A stretch of 64,000 bases of DNA, from contig NC_135830.1 in the NCBI RefSeq assembly GCF_964213995.1, forward strand, positions 10,974,001 through 11,038,000. Direction: 5' to 3'. Shown one piece after another: positions 12,668-24,670 of the stretch. The notes below the pieces were generated by a model that was not told the DNA's origin, searched no databases, and saw nothing but the letters and a program-made list of their open reading frames with translations. Numbering within the stretch: position 1 is the stretch's first letter; every line of letters begins with the position of its first letter. A program made the translations under genes and the position numbers. This DNA comes from Mustelus asterias (Eukaryota).

Positions 12668-13829
12668 ACGGGCAAAGTTTAGCTGATAGAAGCTGTCGGA
12701 AAGGGGAAGAGAGTCTGGGAGACGAAATAGGGAGCTTTGATGAGTGGAGGCGCAGAGAGTTAAGGTTCTGAGTCTAACATGACTCTTTTTAAACTAGTAA
12801 CTGAGTGCGAGTTACAACGGTTCGCACAATATCGAGACAGGGAATTGAATTTAATCCAGTGAAAGCCCTGAATTTAAACTCCTGAATTATTTCTGCAGTA
12901 AACATGTTTAGGAAACTTACCTGCCAATTGAAAGTGTGGCGGTTTGAGAGCACCCTGAGCAAAGTGGACTCCCGCTCTCCCTGTTTCTGCTTATATTCCC
13001 GACATAGATTTACTTTGTGCCCTTCTTTAACAGTGAAATATTGTCCAAACTTTGTCAGTCTTGCTGTTATTCAGTAAATTACCACACTGATATGACACAG
13101 AGGTTAATCCCCTTTATCACGTATCGTAATCTGGAAAAACTATTTGTGAAAATACTAACTGTTTTTAATTAACGTTCAGAGGCTTATTAACGAAAAAAAG
13201 CTTGTCACTCAATTTGAGTGAATAATTAACAAGCTATGTTATTTAAATGACCAAGAACTTTAAGTAAACAAGTAACATGTTAATTAAGGTACGGTTCGAA
13301 TGAAATGCTGTTCAAATAATACTAGGAACATTCATTACCAAAACTGTAATAACAGAATTTCAGTCACTCTCAAATAAATTATACAACCCTGTTCGAAGGG
13401 ATTCAGAAGATTTTGGAGTTCTTCAGTAGTTGTGCGCTGTCTGTAAGGTCTTGCTAACTCCGTATCCTTCTGTTAGATAGTTTTCTTAAGCGAGTTTTAA
13501 TCTGGCAGGGGTGGAGAACTACTGTACAGACAAATGTTTTTTTGACTGGCTGCCCTGGCCTCTGGAGATGTTCACCCAAGATATTATCGAGAGATGGCTG
13601 TTCCTCTGGCCTTTTTTACCTGCCATGACCTCGCAGTTTTCTTACACCACGATTGGTTTGATGCTGACAACAACAAAAAAATCAAAGCACATAGGTTTCC
13701 TTCAGCTGAGTGTTTACTTTAAACTCTTTGGCTGTCAGTTGAGTGGCTTCTTTGACTCAAATCCTAACAAAATGCAAAAACCTGTGCAGCCTGTTACTAA
13801 GTCAACCCTGATGTTTGGTCCCTTTAAAC

Positions 13830-16111
13830 CAGTGGTTTCCAAACTTTTATCAATGGGCCGCACTTTTGGAATAAAAATTTGCTCGCACCACACCGAATTT
13901 TTTATTGATAAGAAATACATTCAAAAACAAAAATAAAACAATTCCTCGCAGTGCTTAATTCATAACATAGAACACAACTACTTTATAATATGATCATGGG
14001 ACATCCAGAAAGTATAAAACAATGCAGCTACATAAGAACATGATTCATTCCCAAAATATACTTATAGACGAGCCTCTTACATATGTAACCTTCAGTAAGT
14101 ATACAAACTCAATGAGAGGTGTGAGCTTGTTTTTGTCGGGTAATCTCATTTATATTAGGTCTAATTTGAGACAAATAAACTCTCATCTCCTCAGCAACAC
14201 GAAGAAGCCTTTCTCTTTTCTGGTCTTTGATATTTGACAGAGCTGAAAATCGCTGTTCACAACAATATGTCGTGGAGAACTGTAGAAGAAGAGCTAATGC
14301 TCTTGAAGAGATGCGTGGATACTGTTTCTGGTTGCATATCCAAAAAGAGTCCAGTGGCATACTCCCGTGTTTCATTTTCAATGTGTGATCACTTGAAATG
14401 CAGGCCATTTCCTCCTCCTCATCCAATGTCAGACCTGAACAGCTGGAACTCACAAAGGGGTCTCTAACCCAGTCGAATTTTTCTGTCGACAACGATGAGA
14501 AGTAATGATCAATCTGCCCTACCAGTGTTGCAAGACGTTCCTGTATGAGGCCATACAATTCATTGTTCGTTTTAAAACTTTTTACCAGTGGGAACATTTC
14601 GAGGTTATGTTGCATCGCTCTTCCGAGCCAGAGCTGAAACTTTTTTTTTGAATGCAGTTAGTTTGTCTGTAAATGTGAGGATATTGTCATCGCGGCCTTG
14701 CATACTGGCATTGAGTACATTCAACCGGGATAAGATATCGGCCAAATATGCCAGCTTTGCACACCAGTCATTGTCATCCAGTTGGTGGTACAATGGGTTC
14801 CCTTCTTGTTCCAAAAATTCTCTTAATGCGTTCTTCAGTTCCAACACCCGATTTAAAACTTTTCCGCGGGACATCCAGCAAACCTCTGAGTGCAGAATTA
14901 GGCATTGATGTTTTGATCCCATGTCTTTGCAGAGTTGAGCAAATGACTGCACCTTTCGTGGTTTTGCTTTGATGAAGTTCACAATGCGCACAGTCTGATC
15001 TCGAACCAACTTCAAATCAGCTACAAGGGTCTTGGTGATTAATGCCTCTCTGTGTAAAAAGACAGCGAGTTGATATTACATCTGGATTTTTCTGTTTGAT
15101 GAGTGCCACCAAGCCTCTCACATTCCAGATCATACATGGCACTCCATCCGTACAAATTCCAATACAAGAATCCCATGAAATCTCAACTTTTTCCAAATAC
15201 TCAGACAAGGTTTGGAAATATCTTGTCCTCTGGTATGTTTTTCAAGTTCCTTGCAAAATAGAAACTGTGTGATTATTTCATCATTGTGAATGAATATGAT
15301 ATCGGCAAGCAAATGTGCTTTTCCACTAATGTCGGTCGATTCATCAACTTGAATGGCAAATTTAGAATTCTTCATACTTTCGGAAACACGCTTCGCAATA
15401 TTAGCTGACATATCAACTATTCTTCTGCGAATTGTATTTTCAGACAAAGGAATTTTCACAACTTCTCGCTCAGTTTCATCACCATACAAAGTTTTCACAA
15501 TCAGGCTGCAGGCAGGCTGAATCAATTTTTCAGCGATTGTATGTGGCTTTGTCTGTTGAGCAATCAATTCAGCCACTTGGTAAGATACAATCTGCATCTT
15601 ATCTGAGACTGTCATTCGTTTTTCAAAATACGATCGTTGGCATTTCTGCTTTTCCAAAAGCCTTTCGAAATATTGAACATCCTTGTTTGCCAGATTTCCA
15701 TGTTTTGACAACAGATGTATTTTCATCTTGCTTGGGACCATATTGGAATTGAAAGCTTCTCACCACAGTTCAAACACATAGGCCGAGGTACATATCTCCA
15801 GTCCATATGAAACCGAGACTCAGATAGCTATCCATATATTGTCGAAAAACTTTATTTTTTGGAGGTTTGCTTGGGCCGGCTACTGGTGTAGAATTAATCT
15901 ACTTTTCTTCAGCACTCTGTTCGAATGGCGATTCTGGATCACAACGTGGACTTGGATCGTCCTCAGCATCACTTGAAGCTCTTGCTCTCACTTTGGAAAA
16001 ATATCTATCCATGTTTAAATGTTTCTTTGATTGTCCTTGAATCTTCCCGCCACACTTGCCATCCTCTCTCGCCGCATCAGTGTGGCGCATCGCACCCTTT
16101 GTGAACCACTG
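13830..16111 (-). mobile_element. hAT (Buster/Charlie-type) DNA transposon, defective
   Basis: Imperfect TIRs CAGTGGTTTCCAAAC (13830) and CAGTGGTTCACAAAG (reverse complement ending 16111) enclose a transposase pseudogene; no matching 8-bp TSD. Confidence 0.9.
14109..16012 (-). pseudogene. Frameshifted Buster-type transposase (ZBED5/ZBED8/SCAND3/FAM200-like family)
   Basis: Successive minus-strand ORFs contain KPHTIAEKLIQPAC, FAIQVDESTDIS, GICTDG, HSEVCWMSRGKVL, LAYLADI, FSTTYCCEQRFS; at least 4 frameshifts. Confidence 0.9.
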
Positions 16112-16234
16112 GTCTGTGTGGATTGAACAAGTTGCTAATCATGGAATGCTACAGTGCAGAAGTAGGCCATTCGGCCCATCGAGTATACACCGACCACAAT
16201 CCCACCCAGACCCTTTCCCCGTAACCACATGCCC

Positions 16235-16466
16235 TCGCACATTTGCACATTCTCCCCGTGTCTGCGTGGGTTTCCTCCAAGCGCTCCGGTTTCCTTCCAC
16301 AGTCCAAAGATGTGCAGGTTAGGTGGGTTGCCCCTAGTAAGTTGCCCCTTTGTGTCAGGGGGATTAGCTTGGGCATGTGGGTCCGGGGATAGGGTCTGGG
16401 TTGGATTATAGTCGGTGTTGACTCGATGGGCGGAATGGCCTCCTTCTGCACTGTAGGATTCCATGA
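16235..16466 (+). mobile_element. 5'-truncated HE1-like SINE
   Basis: TTTGCACATTCTCCCCGTGTCTGCGTGGGTTTCCTCC...CR1-like tail GAATGGCCTCCTTCTGCACTGTAG. Confidence 0.8.
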
Positions 16467-17024
16467 TTAGCAACTTGTTTATCCACAACAGAATTTAATT
16501 ATAGTTGCAGAATTACATAATTAATCACCATCTGAAAAATGTCTAATAGTAGTGTGACACAGGCACACGTGATTCTGTAACTGAACCAGAGGAAATGGCG
16601 CACTTGGAGCAGAACCATCATTTTAAAGTCTTTCATCATAATAGAGAAATAGGAAAAACCACTCAGACAGATTAAGAAATCGAGACTCAGTGCTGATCTG
16701 CTGGGTCTTCCTGGAGATGAACGGGATTTAGGTGCCGAATGTTTCACACCCAGAATAAAGAGGGATAGTGACTAACTAACAGACAATTCTTAAAACTATC
16801 CCCTTTAAAGATAATTTGCTTAAAGGCTGACGGTGGTCAAACTCAAATAAGCACCATGGGATGAGCCCTACCCAGTGACTCGATTTCATTTGTTGGTCAG
16901 TCACGTTTGCAATCCAATGTTGCATATTCCAGAGATGATCAATTCGGAAGAAGAACATTTGAATTAAATAAATGTTAGGGATTGCCAGCAATTGCTGGCC
17001 TTGCCAGCGAGGTACACATCCCAA

Positions 17025-17450
17025 GATGTTTTCGCTGGAGTTCAGACGAATGAGGGGGCATCTCACAGAGACTTATAAAATTCGAACAGGACTAGACAGG
17101 GTCGATGCAGGGGGGATGTTCCCGATGGTGGGGGTGTCCAGAACCAGGGGTCAGAGTCTGACAATAAGGGTCGACCACTTAGGACAGAGACAATGAGACA
17201 GTTCTTCACTCAGAGTCGTGAGCCTGTGAAATTCATTACCACAGGAAGTAGTTGATGTCAAAACATTGAATGTATTCATGAGGCGGCTGGATATTGCACT
17301 TGGAGCGAACGGGGTCAAAGGTGATGGGAAGAAAGCAGGATTAGGTTACTGAGTTGGATGATCAGCCATGATCGTGATGAATGGCGACGTGGGCTCGAAG
17401 GTCTCAATGGCCTCCTCCTGCTCCTATCTTCTATGTTTCGATGTTTCAAT
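17025..17450 (+). mobile_element. CR1 LINE 3' fragment
   Basis: FSLEFRRMRGHLTETYKI motif and GGCCTCCTCCTGCTCCTATCTTCTATGTTTC tail. Confidence 0.85.
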
Positions 17451-17508
17451 GAAAGAAAGAGCAAACTAAAATTGTCATTTTCACAACATCTGTAATAGCA
17501 ACGTTTGT

Positions 17509-17523
17509 CCACTAGATGGCAGT
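17509..17523 (+). promoter_or_regulatory. Candidate CTCF site
   Basis: CCACTAGATGGCAGT closely matches the CTCF core consensus. Confidence 0.55.
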
Positions 17524-17904
17524 GAAACCGCAATTGTCGGCATTACATGAAACAGATTTTCTCAGTTGTTACTGCAATAGGCTCACTCTCTGTTCATCTT
17601 AAACTAGGCGCAGTCTCTGTTTATATGACACGAAATTATATTTCTGATTATATGGCGACAATTCTCATTTGCTTCTGTATTTGGCAATTTGCTGAACCAA
17701 GCATCAACTGACATAAACAGCATTGAATATATCGTGGCTAACATTATCATATTCCATATCTGAATTGTTAATTCACTAGACCCTGTCTGTCCTGATACTG
17801 CACAAGAACATGTTAAAGTTTGCATTAAACCAGGCTCTGTCTCAGTTATTACATTGTTTGAACCTGGCATGTAGATGACATCTCAATCACTGCTGCAAAG
17901 TTTT

Positions 17905-18185
17905 AAAATGTATTCATTAGTGTCACGAGTAGACTTGCATTAAAACTGCAATTAAGTTACTGTGAAAATCCCCTAGTCGCCACTCTCCGGCGCCTGTTCG
18001 GGAACAGTGAGGGACAATTTAGCATGGCGAATGCACCTAACCGGCACGACTGTGGGAAGAAACCGGAGCACCCGGCAGAAACCTACACAGACACAGGGAA
18101 AACGTGCAGACTCTGCATGGAATGTGACCCAAGGCGGGAATCGAATCCGGGTCCCTAGCACTATGAGGCAGCAGTGCAGCCTCCT
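17905..18185 (-). mobile_element. HE1-like SINE
   Basis: Reverse complement of the SINE head and core; same tail as 3955-4249. Confidence 0.8.
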
Positions 18186-18299
18186 CCCTGTTTGTACCAA
18201 ACAACCCCCTGTCTTTGCTTTTATTGTGCTGTGTGATGTTTCTTGTGTTGCTGTACTTGTCCATGTCGAAATTTTTATTAATCTAAGGCCTTAGTCTGC

Positions 18300-19365
18300 A
18301 TTCACTGCACAAGAATTTGTCTCAGCTTCTGTTACACAATGTCCAGAATTAGGTCAAAATAGAATAGGTCCCGTGTCAGTTTTACTATGCTAGACACTCT
18401 CTCCACATGCTGGATCATCCACACGAATACCATCATCACAGGTGAGAACACCACCCACTAGGTATAGAGTACATACTCATGCGACACTGCCAACGTTGTC
18501 TGTTTCATACGCTGCAGGAAAGGACGTCCTGAACCGAGACCATACTGGCGCTACGACAATGGATGAATGGACACCGCACAACAATCACCCTTTCAGCGGA
18601 CGCATGGTAGCACAGTGGTTAGCACAACCTATAGTATTAGAAACCCCGGGTTCGATTGCCAGCTTGGGTCACTGTATGTGTAGAACTTGCATGTTCTCCC
18701 CGTTTCTGCGTGGGTTTCCTGCGGTTTCCTCCCACATTCTGAAAGACGTGCTGGTTAGGTGCATTCACCCAAAGAGACGCTGGACTTTGGCGACTCGGGG
18801 AATTTGGCAGCACTTCATTGCAGTGCTAATGTATGCCTTACTTGTGACTAATAAATACATTTTATTTTTATGTTTACTTCAGCAGTATTCAACATTCAGC
18901 CTCCGATTTTAGAGTAGGCGCTCTCCAAGGCGGCTTTCAAGACACACGACAATGCAGAATCGCCGAGCAGATACTGATAGCCAAGTTCCGCATGCATGAG
19001 GGCGGCCTCAACCGGGATGTTGGATTCATGTCACTACTACTTGGAAACCCCACCATACTGCCTGGGATTGCAAAATCTTACTAACTCTCCTGCGTTCAGA
19101 TAATTCAAACCACTTTAACCTATGATTATCCCTCTCTCCACACACACTGTTTGTACCTGTAAAGACATGATTACCTGTAAAGATTTGTATTATAAGCATT
19201 CTTCACATTTCAATCTGTAATTATCTTGCAATTGCGTCTTTGCCTATATTTGCCGTGCTTTTGACCGTTCCTTCACTCACCTGATGACGGCGCAGCACTC
19301 TGAAAGGTCGTGATTCTAAATTAACCTGTTGGACTTTAACCTGGTGTTGTGAGACTTCTTACTCA
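18300..19365 (+). mobile_element. Penelope-like retroelement 3' fragment (GIY-YIG remnant plus terminal repeat), with an HE1-like SINE inserted at about 18597-18870
   Basis: Degenerate translation YSCDTANVVCFIRCRKG...RQWMNGHRTTI and LQGGFQDTRQCRIAEQILIAKFRMHEGGLNRD; ends in gttggactttaacctggtgttgtgagacttcttact; TTCAGC on both sides of the SINE. Confidence 0.8.
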
Positions 19366-22300
19366 TCTAATATAGACAGATATACTAACGTAATGATGAC
19401 ATAAACTGTCCGTGAGAGTAACTTAAACAAATATACGGGCTACATAGAATAAGAGACAATACCTGATATAACACTGGAATAAACCGTTATTTGTGTGATC
19501 TTTCTCGAAAAAAATACTTCGTCCAATAATAACAGGTACGAGTCAAATTATGGATACCAGATAAAGGTTCTTATTCAGAACTGATTGTGTAACGGTTTCC
19601 AAAAAGAATAATCGAGCATCAGTATTTGAATGACCGGCTCCAGTGCATCAAGAACAGAGACAGCTGGGCCCAGGCTCAGATGGGAGTCTGATATAGGGAA
19701 GCAACGGTTCTTAGGGTCTTAGTGCAGTTTTCTTTGTCATGTTGAATGATATGGGGATTTGTGTGACAAACGTGGAGCGGATTCATGATGACAGGTGCAG
19801 GAGTGACTGACGCAACCTGACTAAAATCTGTTATACCCAAGAGGAGGACAATCATGGCAGACTACAGGCATTTTTGACATTGGAGGTGACAGTGCTGAAT
19901 CTGTCAAAGGAACAGAAAATGATCTGTTCCTTCTCATTCTTATCAACAGTTCCCGGTTGAAACAGGCAGAGAAGGGTTTCATCCGGCAGCTTGTAGAAAC
20001 CAAAGTTTAATTCTTCAACTTGGGACATATGATGACTGAAAAGTTTAAACATCAAATATTCATCAGATGAAAAAACAACAGTGCAAGAAGTGTTAAGGGC
20101 ACTTCTGCTTTTCGCAAACAAGTTCTCGCTCGTGCTATTATGTTCAAAGTGATGATTTGTAAATAATAATGTGATAATTAATGGTTCTGGCAATTATCAA
20201 CGTGCACAGAACACAAATGCTGTCAAATTCTGTCAAAAGGCAGGGTGAGCACAAGACGACAGCTGTATAAATATTGCATTTTATGCAAATTCTTTGAAGC
20301 CAGGGATATATACAGAAAGGATGCTGGGACAATAAGATAGATGAACCATTCAAATGGTCCCATTTTCGATAATCCTTCGAAGTTTACCTCCATTAAAATA
20401 TTTACCTTATTTGTTTTACAAAGTTACTGTTGAACCTGATTCCATCACCCTTTCAATCTGTTCACAATTGTTCTTCTGCCTTCCTTTCAAATCATGGATC
20501 TGTGCCCACTGGTTACCAACTCTTCTGCAAATTTAAAAAGGTCCCTCTTTAATTACCCCACTGACACCTTCACTATTTTCAACACATTCATTACATGTAC
20601 TCACAGGAGATGGAGAGAGATACCGGGGGAGATAGGAGAATTAAAATGACAACGAAAGAAGGGGTGCTGACAGATAAAAACTGAGAAACAAAGAAGTAAC
20701 AAAGAAAGGGACATGATCAAATAATGAAAGGTAGCAAGCCAACATTTCCCGCCTTCAGAGAACTGAGAAAATTCAATGAAACATCCACTGACCATCGAGT
20801 TACGTCCAGGAATGGAAACATTAAACAGATCACCACTGGCTTATTTGTAAATGTCACCGTTATGTGATCAATGTGACTCTGCCCTGATTCTGTGGGCAGA
20901 TATATGCCGCATTGACAGATGTTGATACCAGATTGGGACCCCTGGATTTATTTTGTGCTCAAAAGTGAGATGTGTGGTTTGGAACCGGTAGCAGAGAAAC
21001 AGGAAGTTCTATTACCTAAGAATGAAACAGGTGGTGTCCGTTTGATGCTATCACCATGAACAGTCTTCCTGCCTGTTAGGGTGAACTCACCCTGAAACTA
21101 TGAAAAACAGCTACACAGATTGCTGCGGGTCTCAGCATTATATTCACCCCCATTCCCATTTTAAACAATAAACGAAATGATAACATCTGGGTTTTAATAT
21201 ATTAACTGAAGGGGACTGAACACAATGACTGGTAGAATAGAGAGAACATTCAAGCAATAATTTTGCCGACAGAGTTATTCCAAAATAGAACGTGCGTTCG
21301 GGGTTGTGTGAGAGAAAGAGCGGCCAGAGGTGAAGTGGGTGACCTGGTCTATTTCTGGCACTGAATTTTCCTCTAATGGAATTTTTGTGACTCAACCTTT
21401 TTCGTCACAAGATGCCAGAAGCAAAACCATGAACATTGTTTCCTACCAGCTGCCAGGTGCGGCTCTTCGGTACCTGTATAAGTGAATTAATGGAGACTGA
21501 GAGAATGAAGAAGGGTTATCTGATTTCGGTACAGTCTGAGATACAGACAGAGAGGAGAGAAGTTCAGTCAGTTATTTGAAAGATGCATTGCCTTGGCAGC
21601 GGAGTGGCCAGCTGTACATCAATTTCAAGGACGCCCAAGGCAATTCATTACCTTTAGATTTTGACTGCGGCATTGGATCTGCAAGTAAATACTCCATAAC
21701 GTATTATAACATACAGAAAGACGTTTTCAATTATTGGGCTGATGGTGGCGTAATATTAAAGTAATTGAACCAGTTATCAAGAAGCCCAGGCCAATGATGT
21801 GGGGACAGGGGTTTATCTCCGACCATGGCAATTCATCAATCTGAAATACATACTAATAGCAACCAGGGAAACCTCTCTGATTCCCCAATGAAGGAAATCT
21901 GCCATGCTGACCCGTTGTCATCATGGTGTGACTGCAGATGGACAGCAAAACGGCTCACCATTCAATGCCTTCTCGAATGCCGTAGCAAAGCACTCAGCTC
22001 AAGAACAATTAAGACAAGGAAGAAATACTTGTCCTGACTGTGATCCCACATCCCATGGAAAAATAAAGGGAAATAAAACACACATATATATGTTTATGTA
22101 TTACAACATATCTCCTCTCGCTGAATCATCTCCCACAGTCTGCCTGTATTTCTTTCTATCCATCCATCACAATGTCCTGATGTGTTGGAGAGATTATCAT
22201 TGCGGCTAACAATGTGCCAGAGAATCTGCATAACGTCCCTTTCCTGAGAAATGGGAACAGCTCGCATTAGTTTACAACTTGATAAAATTAAATTGCCCTC

Positions 22301-23489
22301 AGTACTGTTGCTGCGTAGATTTGTTTATAAATAGGCCTCATTGACAATGTGAAGAGTTTGAAGTTGGCTTGCTGCCAAGCGGACAGAACTGTGGAAACAG
22401 ATTTTTGATTTACCGAACAAAATCCCCAGATGCTTCCTGTAAATAACTATGTGCACTTGGCGGCAGGCTGGACTGCTGCCAAATACTGTTTGGGACAGAT
22501 TAGCGTGAATCTGAATGGATAAAATGGGATTCGCCCATTTAAACGTTCATTTCCTCAAGGAAGATATACTTCAGATGTGTTCTATCGAGACAGATATTTT
22601 AAATGAATGCACTGTTCATTATGCGATTAAATAGTATCAGAATATAGTAAACTGAGCAGATTCTATTTCATTTTTACAACTTTAAAGCAAATGTTATTCC
22701 AATAATTAAACCCTGTTTGTAAACAACTTCATCAAGTGCCAGAGAGATGTTGGACTTAACCAGTCTAATGAGATCAGTGTCATGGAAAAGAAAAATGAAA
22801 ACAAGAGAAATTAAAAGTCAATCATAAAACTGCCTTGAACAGTGGGGCATCCTGGAATATTCTGCAAGTTCTGCACCTCACTTCAACAGCAGAGTCTCAT
22901 ACAGCTGATGAGCACCTTGCTCTGTTCTACAGTATAGCTTGAATTCGATCATATAGCAGTTCATCTCATAGCTGCCAAGAGTGGAGAAATGACCAGTTCA
23001 TAACCTGGTTCAATGGAAGATGAAACATTTATTCTTATGATATTGTGTAATATGCTGCAAAGTCTGATATGCAGCGTTCCCAATACCAGTGAATGGTAGA
23101 CAGATGGTGGCCAATAAAGTGAGCTGCAATGATTTGGATGCTGAGGGAGAACTTTGCTGATCGCCGTTTCCATTCTGATTCATTAAATTCTCTGTCAAAG
23201 TCGAAGCCAATTTTATGATTCTCTGCAACTCAATATTGACTTATCAGGGAGGCGGTTTTCTTTTACCGTGAATTTTCACAGGACTGTCTTCCACTCAGGG
23301 GCATTTTGAGAAATGACAGGAGACACTGTATAATATAAAGTTTATTCTTATCTCCAAATCCAAATGTCACAGTGACAGGCATCTACACTGTAAATACCAT
23401 GACTTTGTTCACCCCCCGCATTTAGTCACAGAGATCGAAACGGATTCTCGGATAAATTATTCTCAATTATTTTCACGTGATGGAACAAA

Positions 23490-24150
23490 GTTCAAAGAAA
23501 AGTACAGCATGGGAACTGACCCTTCGTCCCTCCAAACTAGCACCGATCATGATGCCTGCCTAAACTAATATCGTATGCACTTACGAAGTCCATATCCTTC
23601 CATTCCCACCCTATTCATGTATTTCAACGTCAAGTTGACCCTTCAATGCCGCTATCGTACCTGCTCCCACCACTTCCCCGGGCAGCGCGCTGCAGACATT
23701 CACCACCCTCTGTGTAGAAAATGTGCCTCGCACATCTCCTCTAAATCTTTCCCCACGCACCTTAAACCTATGTCCCCAGTACTTACCTTTTCTGCCCTAG
23801 GAAAGAACATCTGACTATCCACTCAGCCCATACCACTCATAATCTTGTAAACCTCTTTCAGGTCACCCCATAACCTCCGTCGTTCCAATGATAACATGCC
23901 GAGTTTATCCAACTTCTCCTCATAGACAATACCCTCCCAATCCGGGCAACGTCCTGGTAAACATTTGTTGTACCCTCTCCAAAGCATCAGTATCCTTCAT
24001 GCAGTGGGGAACCAGGATTGTACACCATATTCTAAATGAGGCCTAATAAGGTTCTGTACAGCTGAGCATGACCTGCAAATTCCCCAACACAATGCCCCGA
24101 CCGATGAAGGCAAGAATGCCGTATGCTTTCTTGACTACATTATCCGACCT
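23490..24150 (-). mobile_element. CR1 LINE 3' fragment
   Basis: Reverse complement homologous to the 3' end of the CR1 at 52.1-53.9 kb, including the ttctttg-type tail. Confidence 0.8.
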
Positions 24151-24499
24151 TTTAGAGATCCCGAATTGTTGTAAAATAGACTGACAGTCTCTTTGTTCTC
24201 TGAAAATGTACTTTAATCATTTTTAGTTTTGCTTGCTCGCTAAGCAGTGTGGAAATAAATGGACTATAGATACAATGGAATTTGTTTATTTTGTGAAGAG
24301 ATTATGAATTACAATGTCACCATTCGAAATAATGAAGACATTACACTGAGTCCATTCAGCCAAACAAATATCAAAATACAGCTAAAATGTCCAGTTTAAT
24401 ATTAACCAAATGTAAATCTCGGAGTCCATTTTGTTGAGGGTGTGGAAAATAGGACCTGGATCCAGTCACCGCCTCCAGCAGGGAATCAATAGGCGGCGC

Positions 24500-24535
24500 C
24501 TGGGAAACCGCCCCCTTCTGCCGGGTATTTAAATA
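24500..24535 (+). promoter_or_regulatory. IgH V promoter (GGGAAA/GC box plus TATA-like TATTTAAATA)
   Basis: TGGGAAACCGCCCCC at about 24501 and TATTTAAATA at 24526-24535, about 90 bp upstream of the leader ATG; no octamer. Confidence 0.6.
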
Positions 24536-24624
24536 CCGTTCACTGGGACGGGAATCCAACAGTCCGGGAGCTGGTTTGTTCACTGAGTTTTTGACAAAAC
24601 CATTTCCTCCAAATGACAAGAAGG

Positions 24625-24670
24625 ATGAGCTCGGCGATTTCTCTCAGTTTGTTGCTGACTTTCTTATCCG
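24625..24670 (+). CDS. IGHV: IgM VH leader exon
   Basis: [15 protein letters not shown](G) followed by GTGAGT; in-frame upstream ATG at 24613. Confidence 0.93.

Noticed and set aside
206-13936. Short ORFs in the tRNA zone
   Set aside because: They overlap tRNAs and repeats and lack recognisable protein features
14109-16012. Domesticated ZBED/SCAND3/FAM200 host gene
   Set aside because: Multiple frameshifts and retained TIRs indicate a dead transposon copy
19790-20130. Possible degenerate leader plus V exon
   Set aside because: No Cys, Trp or YxC motifs and no valid RSS; too weak
24371-24619. Minus-strand ORF sharing its N-terminus with ORF 24929-25189
   Set aside because: By-product of the inverted duplication; no coding signature
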